In this document: positions 17,793-30,920 of the stretch, one piece after another
Numbering within the stretch: position 1 is the stretch's first letter
Layout of the letters: each line of letters starts with the position of its first letter
Source: Eledone cirrhosa
Taxonomy: Eukaryota
Assembly: GCA_964016885.1 (NCBI GenBank)
Contig: OZ024740.1
Coordinates: 152,954,001 to 153,018,000, forward strand
Direction of reading: 5' to 3'
DNA: 64,000 nucleotides
The notes under the pieces: generated by a model
Told to the model about the DNA's origin: nothing
Seen by the model: only the letters and a program-made list of their open reading frames with translations
Databases searched by the model: none
Made by a program: the position numbers and the translations under genes

Positions 17793-19857
17793 ATTAATAT
17801 TGTGAATACAACAATGTCTATTTTATACAGAACCTTTCTATTTTGTTAGAAATAAATAAATATCCTCACTGATGTGTGTGTGTTTGTATGTGGGGTGAGT
17901 ATGTTATTGATGTTCAGTTCCACGTCAACCTTGGTTGAGCAGATTTATAATTAATAATATACGTCATGATCATCACGTCAGAGGTTTTTTTCAACCATAA
18001 TATATCTTGGAATATATTTTCCAATGTGCCCTTCCCCGTTTTAAGATGACAGGTGTGATATGAGGGAGATTTGGGTGCTATTTTATTGCAAGTTGAGTGA
18101 TCACATACTAGTTCCCTTGTTTGTTATGAGTGGAGTGGGGGGGGGGGGTTTAATCACAGTTCAATTTAGATCAAGCAAAGATGTTCCATCTGAGACTATC
18201 CTACCTTGTGCGTGTGCACGCGTGTGTGTTGCATAGATAAATCCATCCCTCCATCTATGTGCCCTGAACTTCAGATGGAGTCATAGGAAAGCCTCATGAC
18301 ATGGCTTGGCACCCAAACCTAACAGCCAATCTCTCTCCAGGTCTGAACACAAGTAGCATCGACCCCTCCCCACCCCTCAACACCAGCTGTGTCAACCCCC
18401 TCCCACCCCTCTCCACACAACACTAGAAATGTCCCTCATTCTCCAGGCTGAACCCAGCCAATTTATCCTAGAAAAAGAGAAGAGTGAGAGAGATATAAAG
18501 GAAGAATCGACCCCAATACTGGAATGGTACTACCAACAGGATGAAAGGCAAAGTTGACTTTGGAAGGATTTGAATTTGAAGTGCAGGACTAATACCACAA
18601 AGCATCTAAACTAACTTTCTAATCACTGCCATTGGCTAAATAAATGTGAACACACACATATCTAGGCTAGTAGCTCCCACTTCAGGGGCATGTACAGGTC
18701 TCAAAGATTATCTAGGTAAAAGGTAGCTCTATGAGGCAAGCTAATGGCAATGATGTATAATACAAAATATTTAATTTATCAACTTATTCTCAAGGAGGAA
18801 AGTAACAATCGTAGCTCTTTATATTTTTGAGACATATGAGAAGAGCAGATTTTACAGGCAAAACCAACTAGCAGGGGACCCAGAAGTAAACCACAAGCAA
18901 GGTGGTTGGAAAACATCCATGAGGTCAGTTAGTCTCGCTTGATGTATCCAGCCAGATCAATTGGAGATGGTTACATCTGATAGAACCCTCTGGAATGAGT
19001 GCCTGAAGATTCTGCCTTCATGACTCTCCCAGATATATGTGGGGGACGAAGAAAAAGTTAGGATAGAGGAAGGAAGACCCAGCCTTGCAACAGTAAACTC
19101 TGCAAAACACACCCATGAGCTTTAATGCAGGTAACGGATTAAGTCTACCACTCAAGCCTACCACAGGAGAATTTGAACACAGAGCACAAAGAGTGGGAAC
19201 AAACACAAAAGTATCCCATCTGAGCCCTAACAATTCTACCAGTCCGCCACTCTAGGCTGGTACTACATTTATTAACAGTAAAGTTGAGCTCAGCAGGAAA
19301 GAACATGTTAAATTGAGAACTAATGTCAACATACATAACTAAGACAGTAGTTAAATTTCTAGATTAGTTTAATTAAATTAATTAAAATAGAAACGTAATT
19401 ATGTTTTGAACAAATTGTGATGTTAATTATAACATTTTCTAACTTTAGTCTGTTAATATATTACATAATTCTATGCAAACTAATAGCCTGAATAAAGCTT
19501 TTAGTATACGAAAGGGCACTATAGGGGAAGTAACCTATTTAACAAGAAACCACCTGAAAATGCATCTGATTTGGCAATACAAAACTTTGTTTCAAACTGT
19601 TTATACTCCACTAAAAACCTTCCTTCATAGGTTTATCAAAGAACATATGTTAAGTGAAGTTCCAAACACTAGCTTAATTATGAGAAAATTAGTTATATTA
19701 CTAAATCCTGCAAAATCTTGATTATTTTTCAAAATTATTTGGGTATTATAAATGGTGTCTATTAGAAATACGGTATTGAAAGGGTTAAAGGGCAGTGGGT
19801 TAATGATTCTCATATACATGTGTGTGTGTACACACTAGTATAGGAGAACATGATAAT

Positions 19858-20037
19858 AAATACTCAATACCATAGTAAAAATAATAGCTTACTAAGGCTG
19901 ATCCAGCATCTTTTCATTCTAGAGTTTCCCCATTGTTCTAAGGGCTCCTCAGACAGTTCAACACTGACTGCCAGTGTTGAACTGTCTGAGGAACCAATAG
20001 AACATAGGAGAAACTCCAGAAATTATAGGCTACTTGA
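19858..20037. repeat. palindromic MITE-like element, copy 1
   Basis: Hairpin centred on cagttcaacactg-actgc-cagtgttgaactg; homologous copy at 26419-26608. Confidence 0.75.
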
Positions 20038-20139
20038 TATGTGTGTTTATATTTTTGTATTTGTTTTGCAAAATTTTATGTAAAAACATGTGCTGAAACA
20101 GATATTGTTAAACTCTTGGAGGGACATGCTGCTAGTGCT

Positions 20140-20145
20140 TTTATT
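20140..20145 (-). promoter_or_regulatory. candidate polyadenylation signal of H6PD
   Basis: First AATAAA I see on the minus strand downstream of the H6PD stop. Confidence 0.4.
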
Positions 20146-20160
20146 GGCACCATGGCCCTC

Positions 20161-20199
<39 letters not shown>

Positions 20200-20275
20200 A
20201 AGATATATATTGAGTTAGAAACTCAAAATAGTCTCTTACAATTAAATAGCTCAAGAAAAGAGATTTTTCCAAGCC

Positions 20276-20577
20276 ATATAGTATAATTGAATATAAAAAA
20301 GATAAACACAGATATATACATATGTGTTCAAATCGCAAGGGACCAGATTCACTAGGGTGAAAAAGATACTAACTATGGACAATAGGGTTTGCCAGACTCA
20401 ATTTAAGAATAAATCAAGAAAATAAATACAAACCGGAATTATGGTAACTACCAGACACCCAGACACCGTTTGGTGATGCTGTTTCGCAATTCAATTATGC
20501 GAATCTGGTCCCTTGCAATTTGAACACATATGTATATATCTGTGTTTATCTCGCTTTTATATTCAATTATACTATAT
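20276..20577. repeat. inverted repeat (~75 bp arms 20276-20350 and 20501-20577) flanked by (TA)n
   Basis: Near-perfect reverse-complement arms just downstream of the H6PD stop. Confidence 0.9.
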
Positions 20578-20670
20578 ATATACATATATATATATATATG
20601 AAAACAATTAAATGAAATAGTATTGCTTAGAAAGAAAGAAATAACTTTTAGTTTTCTTGAAGTCATTTGA

Positions 20671-22265
20671 TCAAACTCCAAGCCAAGCTGAGAAATCTAC
20701 AAACCAACCAAGATGTCCTGCATTTGGTTGGATATTCAGAACAGGATATTTATGTCGGTCACTTTCTGAGCTAATGCTGTTTAATATGTTGTGTTTTTCT
20801 TTACCAGTCACCAAAAGAGCAATATTTTTAGAGAAGTTAAGGTAGTCAATGGTAAGAGACATCCGTTTATCTCCTCGATTGGCTGAATTAGTGAAAATAA
20901 CTTTCCTTGATGTTGTTACTGTCAGTGATTTATCATGTGGAAATAAAGAAGCTACATGACCATCTTTGCCTAGACCAAGTACAATATAGTCCATCCCATT
21001 AACTACAGCATTTGACAGTTGTCTTTCATAAAGAATATCTCCTTGGTCTTTATCAGCACACAATGAGCCAGCTATTGATACTGGCATTGGATGAAGGTTC
21101 ACATATGGAATACTAACATGCTGCAGAAGTTCACTAAACAACAAATTGAAATTAGACCTATGATTGTTTAAAGGCTGGCATCTTTCATCAACCAACCATA
21201 TGTGCGTATTAACCCACAAGTGAAGGGGATAATGTTCTTTTAACTTACGGAAAAGCAAAGCTGGTGTTTTACCACCAGAAAATCCTATATGGAATGGTTT
21301 CTTCTCTTTCATCAGTTTCATTGAGATTTTAATAATAGACGAGACTAATTGCATAGTTATTGCCCCTGTTGAATTTACATATAGATTTCCACCAAGAAAG
21401 TGATCTGGTAACTGGGCAAATGTTGGTTTGTCTGAAGTTGGTTTCACATATTCCTGATAAGAATATTCACTATCAAGGAAAGCTAGTTGTTTGTTAATAA
21501 TTGTAAAATCCAAAGTATTGTTTCGTGTGTAAAGTTTAGGACGTTTTGCCAAAACATTGAGACTAGTCTGCCATATATCCCACATGCTCATTAGCTGTTG
21601 GGTCCCAACAAAGTTATTTTGTTTCCCCTTGACTATATCCTGAACCACTTGAATATAAGCATCGGTATTTTGACCAGGAACTCCTATTTGGTAAGTAGAC
21701 ATTTCAGAACCATATGCTGGAGGTTGGGACCACATTTTAGGTACAACATCTATTGGCCAGAGAGCTTTGTTAAGGGACCATGACACAATAATGCATGGTT
21801 CTTTCATACTACCATAGTTGATATGAAATACAATTTGCTGAATCCTCTCACTATCTGTAGCTGGTGGAATTCTAAATACATTATTTTTGAAAATAATTCT
21901 CACATATGTCGTCCTCTCGTCCATTTGTTTGCCTGCCACAAAAACAAATGGTACATCTTTCCATCGAGCCGATTCTATGTAAAGTAATGCTGCAGCAAAT
22001 GTTGGTATCTTGGCTGAAGAAGATTTATTGATGCCATCTTTCTCTGCATCTTGCATATAATCTCTATATTGACCAAACAAGAGGGACTTGGCTTTCACTA
22101 GTTGAACTTGTTCAAGGAGGGCTAGTTTCTTCTCTTTCATTTCAACAATATTGTCTAAGTTTCCATCAATGGGCAGTTCCATAGAAACAAGAGTAAGTAA
22201 CTCTGTCAAGTGATTTTGCATCATATCGCGGAGTACGCCTATGTTATTGTAAAACTTTGTTCTCC
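20671..22265 (-). CDS. H6PD: hexose-6-phosphate dehydrogenase (GDH/6PGL bifunctional ER protein), exon 3 (last)
   Basis: ttcag acceptor, phase 1; GRTKFY..GVLRDMMQNHL, RWKDVPF...GKQMDER, then 6PGL motifs GFSGGKTP, VDERC, LGLGKDGHVASLFP, RMSLT; stop at 20671. Confidence 0.96.
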
Positions 22266-22330
22266 CTGAAAAATAAAATAAATTCAAGTTTATGATATCA
22301 TTATATACCATCTGTAATAACATATATAAC

Positions 22331-22570
22331 GTCTCCCTAAATATTTCCCATGTGTTGACGTAGTAATAGTCATATTGTCTCCCTAATATTTCCCATATGT
22401 TGACATAGGAATAATTATATTGTCCCCTATTTCCCACATGTCAACATAGAAATAATTATATATTTCCTTCGTGTTGACACAGAAATAGTTATGTTTCACT
22501 AAATATTTCCCACACATCAGTATAGAAATAGTTATGCCTCCCTCAATATTTCCCACATATTGCCATAGGC
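22331..22570. repeat. degenerate ~38 bp minisatellite (about 6 units)
   Basis: Recurrent ctccctaaatatttcccatgtgttgac.tag.aata unit next to the H6PD exon 3 acceptor. Confidence 0.7.
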
Positions 22571-24197
22571 TAACACAAAATTTATCTTGATAGATGTGCT
22601 ACAAGAGATATCACTGGAGGTAAATATGAAGTAAATAAATTCATCATCATATAACATATGCTTTCCCATGCTCACAACCACCATCAGCTCTTATTTGGAA
22701 TGACTGTTCTCCTTGATGAATCAAACACCACATCTCATTTGTAAGTCCCATTTTTAACAATTATTTTTACAATTGGATGCCCTTCCTACAACCAGCCACT
22801 TTATAAAGATGACCGAGTATTTTATTACAGCACCAGCATTAGAGAGGTTGTTGTATCGGCAACAAGTTTAAAGAGCTCTGTCTTCCTCCTTACTATGTAA
22901 AGCAGGTATAAAAAAAAGAATATTGCATGGAAGGAAGATATGAGGTATTAGATGTGGAAAATCTGTAGACTTGGAGAAATATCAGGCAAACAACTGTTGG
23001 GTGTATAATGTTAAACTGTTGGTTATCTTAAGTTAATGATCTGACCACAAGAGAACTACGATAACAGCTGGGTATTAATGGTAGTGATTAATGCATGGCT
23101 TAGAGGTTAGGGTGTTGGACTCATGATTATAAGGTTTGGAGTTCGATTCTTGGACCGGGAGGCAAATTGTGTCTTTGAGCAAGACGCTTCATTTCATGTA
23201 GCTCAAGTCCACTAAGCTGAAAATAATGACTACGGGGATGGGGTTGGGGGTTAACTAACCCTGCAACGTCCAGCACTCTCCAGTTGCTTAAAGCTACATG
23301 AAACTGGGATAAGCTTCGGCCTGATGTGCCTCTGGGTTTGGGACAGACTTTATTGTTTAATAGATGTATGTTGAGGAAATAACGAACTTGTATGACTATG
23401 TGATATGATTTGAACACAAGCGAAGAAAGCTATTGAGTGTTAATGGTATTTTCTGTAGTAAGTAGGGGAGGTAACTAACTTATATAGACGTGATATTGGG
23501 TGATGCTTGATGGGTACAAATGTGTATGTGAAACAGATTACCTTCTATCTGTAGCAAAGGAAGATGGAACATGTGACAAGATGAGATATCATGGTGATAA
23601 GATTTAAACATGAAATAATAAAAATTTGAGACAAGTAGCATGCTACTTTATTGACCTTAAAAAGGATGAAAGTAGACCTTGGTAGGGTTTAAACTCAGTA
23701 CAGAGAGCAGGAACAGATATCCATTTATTATGTGGTCACTCACTGTTAGAAATAGTGTCCAATTTTCCCTCAAATTACACTCTACTCCTACCATCTTAAA
23801 AGGAAAGAAAGATTCAGATAATACACCATGTCTGAATAAAACAAGGAACGATCTTGGAAGGAATGTCTCCCTGGAGCTAAACAACACCACCACACAGCTA
23901 AGTACATAGACCAGCAAAGGTATATAAATTTCGATAATCAACTTCAAGAAAATAAAAGGGAAACAACTCAGAACAAGTGTAAAGCCAGTGCATTTGAGGG
24001 AGATTTTGTTCCTACTTCTAACTGGTCAAGCAACTACACAGTAGCTCCCGCTTTGGTTCTAAATGTTTACACGAGAGCAATGAAATAAGGTCTGAATTGA
24101 CCAATACCTTATGAATATAACTTGATAAACAAAAATTGCGTAGAAACCCATCATATGTATAATGTATGTCAAAGTTAAATATTACTGATATATATTA

Positions 24198-25090
24198 AAA
24201 TAATGAAAATATTGTGTACAGTGCTCAGGTGCACGACAACTCATCAAAAGTGTATGTATAGTACATAGGGTAATGTACAAACGTCAGGAATATGAACAGT
24301 GCAGGAGTCATGATGTGTGCATGTGTATGGAAGGGGGACATCAGGTGTAGTTTTGGCGAATTTCGGGAAGCATGAGGGTTCTAAAGGATGTAGTGTCTCG
24401 GCAGCTAACAACTGACGCAGGCAGTTTGTTCCATGCTTCAGCAACTCTAAGCGTGAAAAAATGTCTACGAAAGTCATGGGAGCTGTGCTGTTTTCTGACT
24501 TTGTAGGCATGTGCACGTGTGTTAGACACATGGAGATCAAAAAGGTGCCCAGGTTTGATGTTGGCGAGATGGTTAATAACTTTGTGGGTGTTTACCAAGT
24601 CCATTGCCAGACGTTGGAGCTTCAATGAATCCATGCCCACGGAAGCAAGGCGTTCAGAGTATGTTAGGTGTCTGATGGAGGGTATGCGCTTGGCTGCACG
24701 TCACTGAACAGTTTCCAGGAGGTCAATGTTCTGAGCAAGATAGGGGTTCCAGACTAATGATGCGAATTCCAAGTGTGGTCGAACCATAGCTGTATACAGC
24801 TTTAAATAGATGGCTGGAGAGCGGCTAACAAAGGTCTTGCTGAGTGATGCCAAGACACCCTCGGCCTTCTTGACAATTTTAGAGATGTGCTTTGTCCAAC
24901 GCAAATCGTTGCTGACAGTAATGCCCAGGTCACGTTCACAAGAGAACTTCTTGATATCAGTGTTGTGGAGGGAGTATGTGGACGCTGGATTTTTCCTCCC
25001 AAAATGCATGGTGGTACACTTGTCCACAGCCAGCTTCAGTTGCCAGTCTGATCCATTGCTGCATTGTGTCCAGGTCTGATTGTAGGAAAG
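24198..25090 (-). mobile_element. CR1-clade LINE, 5'-truncated (RT C-terminal part and 3' UTR)
   Basis: WQLKLAVDKC, ERDLGITVSNDLRW, LYTAMVRPHLEFASLVWNP, HFFTLRVAEAWNKLP; in-frame stop present. Confidence 0.92.
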
Positions 25091-26062
25091 AGTTATAGAT
25101 TTCAGGATCTGTCCTCTGCAGGAGTTTATTTCAAAAGACAAGCACAGCCAATCACATTTCACAAGAAGTGGTTACTGGAGTTTCCCTTTAATAATTTTTG
25201 AGACAAGCCAACACATTTACAGTATTGCTACGGGTGATTTCAAGGCTATGATGCTTAAATAACCAAGAAGCTTTGTTGGCATCACCAGGTACATTGGTAA
25301 AGCAAGCCACCAACAATGATAAGAGCCTCATTCTCAGTGGCACAGCTGAATGCCACTGGCTAAAAAGAAAAAGTTTGCTGATATTTCCTGGTATTTTAGA
25401 ATTTTATTCATAGAAAAAAAAATAGTGAATAATGCAAATTAGCATTATAACTGGTGGAAATCACCACCCCATCTTACTTTTTACATGATGAGTCGTTTCC
25501 CTAAGATGTAATGGCCTTTTTGAGACCTTGAGTTTGAGACTACTGAATTTGTGACCCTATTTCTAATCTGTCACACACTACTTTAATTACACTCTAATTA
25601 ATGCATGAAGAATTTGGAAGGAGTTAATTTGACTTAAGAATCACCATAGTATGTTAGAAGATTTAAATTTAAATAGGAACCTTTTAAAATGGGTGGTTTG
25701 TTTCATAGAACCAGTGGCAGTTTAAGGACAGGTAAACATTAAAAGGGGAATAAAAGAAACTTAATCCTTTTGTTACTATATTTCTGACAAAACACACTGC
25801 CTATATGTCTTAATTCTGAAAACAATCAAAAATTTGAAGGACTTTAATAAAATAACTAACTTTTTAGTTATCAAGATGATATTCGGAGCATTACTTAACA
25901 AAAATTACGATGAAAGGTTTTAATATAAGAATGAACACTTTAAATGTTGCAAATCTGTATCACAAAACCAAGGGTAGTTTCAGGTAGGCTGATATCAAGA
26001 GTTAAAGAAAGGATTCAGAAGAAAGCAAAAAATAAAAAAAAAAGCATTTTAACAAGACTTAC

Positions 26063-26154
26063 CTTTGACACCAACATATTCCTTGCTGACAATTTCGACT
26101 CTTTCTACGTGATGTTTGTTCAAGAGAGGTTCCAGCCAATTTTGGTTTTTAACT
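26063..26154 (-). CDS. H6PD: H6PD exon 2
   Basis: ttgtag/GTAAGT boundaries, 92 nt, phase 2 to 1; encodes RVKNQNWLEPLLNKHHVERVEIVSKEYVGVKG, matching the H6PD HHVERVEI..KE motif; not in the ORF track. Confidence 0.93.
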
Positions 26155-26418
26155 CTACAATATTTACATGTAAAAATTTGTTAATATTGATGAATGTGAG
26201 AATATTCAATAGCATACAACAAGGGTTTTAAGACCCCTTTCCCTGCTGAAGTAGGAGGCTAGCCATGTGACAATGACAGGCTTCATATTCATCATGGGGT
26301 AATTTTGGGGGGAGGGCAATGTTTTATGACTAGATACTCTTTCTGGTACCATTTCTTTAAGTTGACTCTTACGACACACAGGGATATAGTGTACTTGTTT
26401 TCAACCAGATACACACAA

Positions 26419-26608
26419 CAAATACTCAATACCATAGTAGAGATTAATAGTTTATTACTGTTACAGCAGCCTGTAACTTTGGAGTTTCCCCTGTGTACTA
26501 CAGGTTCCTCAGACAGTTGAATATCGGATACAGTGTTTAACTGTTTGAGGAACCTATAGCATACAGGGGAAACTCCATAGTAATAGGATGCTGGATCAAC
26601 CTTAATAA
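26419..26608. repeat. palindromic MITE-like element, copy 2
   Basis: ggagtttcccctgtg...cctcagacagtt / aactgtttgagg...ggggaaactcc arms; homologous to 19858-20037. Confidence 0.75.
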
Positions 26609-26618
26609 ATAATATTTA

Positions 26619-28376
26619 TAATAACTAGAAATTGATTAACATATAAATATACATGAATAATCACAGGAGATAATTTTTACACACGTGTAACCACGCATAG
26701 CTAGTTTGGGTAATAATTAAATTTATACCTTTAAGTATGATTAACCTTCCTTGTATATATCCCATTAAAGAAATATATTTCACCAATTAATCAGATGGTA
26801 AGTCACGGAAAGTAGATATTATTGGATTGTCAACAAGGAAGAATAATAATGTCCAGCTATCCATCCTCACACAACAAGTTCAAATCCTCATCTGGCCGTT
26901 ACCACGTGTTGCGTCTACACATCACAGCAGCTTCGTTTCAGTGGCGTGAATAGGTATTCGACAACTAGAAATATATATACGGCTCCTTAATTGTAGAGCT
27001 ATTTCTGTTGAAGAGAATTTGACTGCTATTTCTAGTTGTCGAATACCTATTCACGCCACTGAAACGAAGCTGCTGTGATGTGTAGACACAACACGTGGTA
27101 GCGGCCAGATGAGGATTTGAACTCGTTGTGTGAGGATGGATAATATCCACTTTCCGTGACTTACCATCTGATTAATTGGTGAAATATATTTCTTTAATGG
27201 GATATATACAAGGAAGGTTAATCATACTTAAAGGTATCATCATCATCATCATCAGGTTTAGCGTCCGTGTTCCACACTTGCATGGGTTTGGACGGGAGTT
27301 TTCCCACTTGAGGCAAGAGTGGTTGTCTTGCTCGCATAGGACTGTCTGGCGGGTTTTCTACAGCTGGATGCCCTTCCTAACACCAACCACATTTACAGTG
27401 TGGGGCTGGGAGGTTTTTACCGTGTTGCCTACACGGCCACGTTACAGCGTGGACTGTCTGGCGGGTTTTCTACAGTTGGATGCCCTTCCTAACACCAACC
27501 ACATTTACAGTGTGGGGCTGGGAGGTTTTTACCATGTTGCCTACACGGCCACATTTACAGCGTGGACTGTGTGTTTTTTTTTTTGTCGTGACACCTACAC
27601 GATCTCATTTGTTTCGGCCTGGATGTTGTGGGACCAACATAACTTTACATTGAAAGGGGCGGTGTGGATGGGGTGGAGGTGGTGGGATGGGGGTGTGTTT
27701 TGATAGAGAAGCCTACTGACTGTAGTAGGTTTTTACTTTGTATTTAGGTAAGGCGGGTCTTCTCTATTACTGAGTACCGCCAAAGGTCTCGGTCCAGTGA
27801 CATTGTCTTGGAGAGGTGTAAGCGTGTGAGGTCGGAATTTATCAGCTCGTCCCATGTTTTTCTGGGTCTGCCTACTCCGTGGCCACCGTCTATCTTTATT
27901 GCCCTGCACTTTGTTATACAGCTGTCGTCTTTCATGCGCATCACGTGACCGTACCAACGTAGCCTTCTCTCGAGTAAACAACATCTGATCCCTCTTATTT
28001 CTAATTTTTTCCTTAGTTCGTTTATGCTTTGCCGTTCACGTATATTACTATTGCACATCCAGCGGAGCATGCAAGCTTCGTTCCTCTCTAGTCTGCGTAT
28101 ATCCTCTGCACACAATGCCCAGGTCTCACTGCCATGCAGTATTGCTGTTCGTATGCAGGCATCGTATAACCTGCCTTTCATTTTTAGGGAGAACCCTCTA
28201 GCGGCTAATAGTGGTATAAGCTCTCTGAACTTTTTCCATCCAGTTCTGACTCTAGCTACTGTACTTTCAGAAATTTAATTATTACCCAAACTAGCTATGC
28301 GTGGTTACACGCGTGTAAAAATTATCTCCTGTGATTATTCATGTATATTTATATGTTAATCAATTTCTAGTTATTA
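26619..28376. repeat. ~320 bp near-perfect inverted repeat: left arm 26619-26973, right arm 27027-27237 plus 28271-28376, split by an RTE insertion
   Basis: Base-by-base reverse-complement match; left arm carries ~36 extra nt. Confidence 0.92.
27238..28270 (-). mobile_element. RTE-clade LINE, 5'-truncated, young
   Basis: KGRLYDACIRTAILHGSETW...RRLRWYGHVMR...GRPRKTW; (GAT)n tail; near-identical to 44408-45903. Confidence 0.93.
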
Positions 28377-29162
28377 CAAAATGCTCGGATTTATTTTTGA
28401 GCTTATTTCCAGGCGATATGGCGCATGCCGTTACATGAGACCCACAATTTCGATTAAATTCATTTAATTTATCTTAATTTTGGATATAGATATATAAATA
28501 ATATTTATGAAGATAGAATGTGGGTAAATAGATGATGATCAACATTTTACATATATTTTTCTATGCCCCATTCATTGCATACCTTTGTGATATTCAGCAT
28601 TTTGAGATCAAATCAAAACACCTTTGCTCAGTTTTCCCTTAGTCTTCCTCTGCTGAAGTGTTCTTCCCCAAACATCTTTTAGCACTTCTTCACCCAACAA
28701 TCATCAGCCATATGCAAGTTAAGGACCTGGTGTCATTATTCAATTTTTATATGCAGCTGGTTTTAGAATAAGAGCATTGTGTCAGTGTGTCATAAGAGGT
28801 GACAAGCAGGGGCAGTCATTTCTATTGCAAATCTCAACTTACTTTTTTCCTCTCTATCAGGACTATTTAATTTCATATTTTCCTCAGATTCCCTTCCAAC
28901 AAATCATTGGCACTCTTGTAATAATCAACATCCTTACATAACAAAAGTTCACTAAACTATAATACACACATGTTTACACTACTTCCACACACACACACAC
29001 ACACTCTGCAGATTGTCAAAGCTATATTACAAAAGTTTGGTTTCCTTTATAGAATTAACAAGTAATGTCACATTGTACAACTGCTATATTTACAAAGTGT
29101 TGACTTATTCATCAGAGTGTTTTTACAGTCAGGATGGGTCACTGCACTCACTCACACACAAG

Positions 29163-29900
29163 TTAACCCTTTTGATACTAAACCCGCCTGTAACTGACCG
29201 GTTATAGGATACCAAACTTTATTTTTTAAAGTGTTTATATTTATCTAAAAATCTTCCACCATAATCACAGCTCCCATAATATAACTCATACACTGTTCAT
29301 TTTCCTGACATTTGTACATTATACTATGTACTTTACATGCACCTTTGATGAGTTGTAGTGCACCTGAGCACTGTACACAATTTCATTATTTTTATTATTA
29401 TAATTTTATGTAAGAAGGCACATGGCTTAGTGGTTAGAGCATTGGCCTTGCAATCGAAAGGTTGTGAGTTCAATTCTCAGACCGGGTGATGTGTTGTTTC
29501 CTTGAGCAAGACACTTTATTTCACATTGCTCCAGTTTACTCAGCTGTAGAAATGAGATGATAGGGACTGGGGTCCCTATCATTCTACTGCAAAGTGGTCA
29601 TGGAGGTGCCACGGCAAAAAAGCACCCAGCACTCACTGTAAATGAGATTGGTGTTAGGAAGGGCATCCAGCTGTAGAAATCAAGCCAGAATCAGTTCCCG
29701 TCCCACCCTTGCAAGCAGGGAAAAGCGGACGTTAAATGATGATGATGATGATGATGATGAACCTTTAAGTTATTTTCCAAATACCAGCTTAATGAGAAAG
29801 TTGGTAATATTACAAAAACCCTCCAAAATTGATTATTTTCAAGATTATTTGAAAATCATAGACAGTGTCTTTCATTAGAAATATGGTAATGAAAGGTTAA
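29163..29900 (+). mobile_element. TTAA MITE (family 2) with nested CR1 tail (~29266-29400) and SINE A (29414-29760)
   Basis: TTAA-CCCTTTTGATAC start and GAAAGG-TTAA end; MITE sequence resumes after each insert. Confidence 0.75.
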
Positions 29901-30554
29901 TGGTAAAAGCTATGCATGAGCGTTATACATGGCGGCTCAACAGGAACAAGGAATGAGTTGAAATTAGAAGATTGGTGGCCGGGTTAATGTAAAGGTGTTA
30001 GGATAAAAGTGGAATACAGTGTATATATAATATATAGGAATTAAAGTAAGGATAAGTGTACATATATATATCACACTTCTCTTAAGATTAGAAACTACTC
30101 TTTAATAATTGTTGATGAATATTATGTTGATGAAAATCTGTGCTGCAAAAACCGAGACACTTGTCCTCTTGAGGAAGCCTGTGCAGTGAACTCTACATGT
30201 GAATGGAATTCTACTGAAGCAGGTGGAGAAGTTCAAATATCTCGGTGCCATCTTCACAAGTGATGGAAGGTAGGAATCTGAATTAAGTGCAAGAATTGCA
30301 GGAGCTGGTGTAGTAATGCGCCAGCTTCAGTATTCGGTAATTAAAAAAAAAGGAGTAGGCATCAAAGCCAAACTATCTTCAATTCATTATTTGTGCCAAC
30401 CCTTATCTATGGTCATGAATCTTGGGTAATGACTGAAAGAATATGGTCATGAATCTTGCTACTTGGTAAACGTTTGCACATGTAATTCAAGTATGAATGT
30501 TTTATGAAATCAATCCTGATCTCAGCAACATTGAAACATAGAATTTCTAAGTGT

Positions 30555-30920
30555 CATGATAAAATACATGCAGTACATTTTGCATAATGGTAATGCTTGT
30601 GCCAAATTAAAATGTATCCCATACACTTTGTAAAGTGGTAGTGTTGGTGTTATGATAAAATGCACCCATAACAATGTATAATGGCAATGTTGGAGCCACG
30701 ATAAAATGCACCTAGTACACACTATATAGTGGTAATACTGGAGCCATGATCAAATGTATCCAGTACACTCTGTATAGTAGTTAAACAGGTGTCACAATAA
30801 AATGCACCCTGTACACTCTGTATAGTGGTAATATTTGTGTCAATAAAATGCACCTAGTATTCTCTGTAAAGTGGCAATGTTGATGCCGTGATAAAATACA
30901 CCAAGAATATTCTGTAAAGG
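30555..30920. repeat. degenerate ~47 bp tandem repeat (ataaaatgcacccagtacactctgtaaagtggtagtgctggtgcc)
   Basis: About 8 units; similar arrays near 39255, 43300, 58590, 59470 and 60485. Confidence 0.7.

Noticed and set aside
22266-22437. 5' extension of the 588-aa ORF
   Set aside because: Intronic minisatellite sequence upstream of a good acceptor; no H6PD similarity
29414-29490. tRNA-like sequence with A and B boxes
   Set aside because: SINE head present in several copies; no full cloverleaf, so not called a tRNA gene
30555-30920. CRISPR-like regular repeats
   Set aside because: Degenerate tandem units without unique spacers, eukaryotic context, no cas genes
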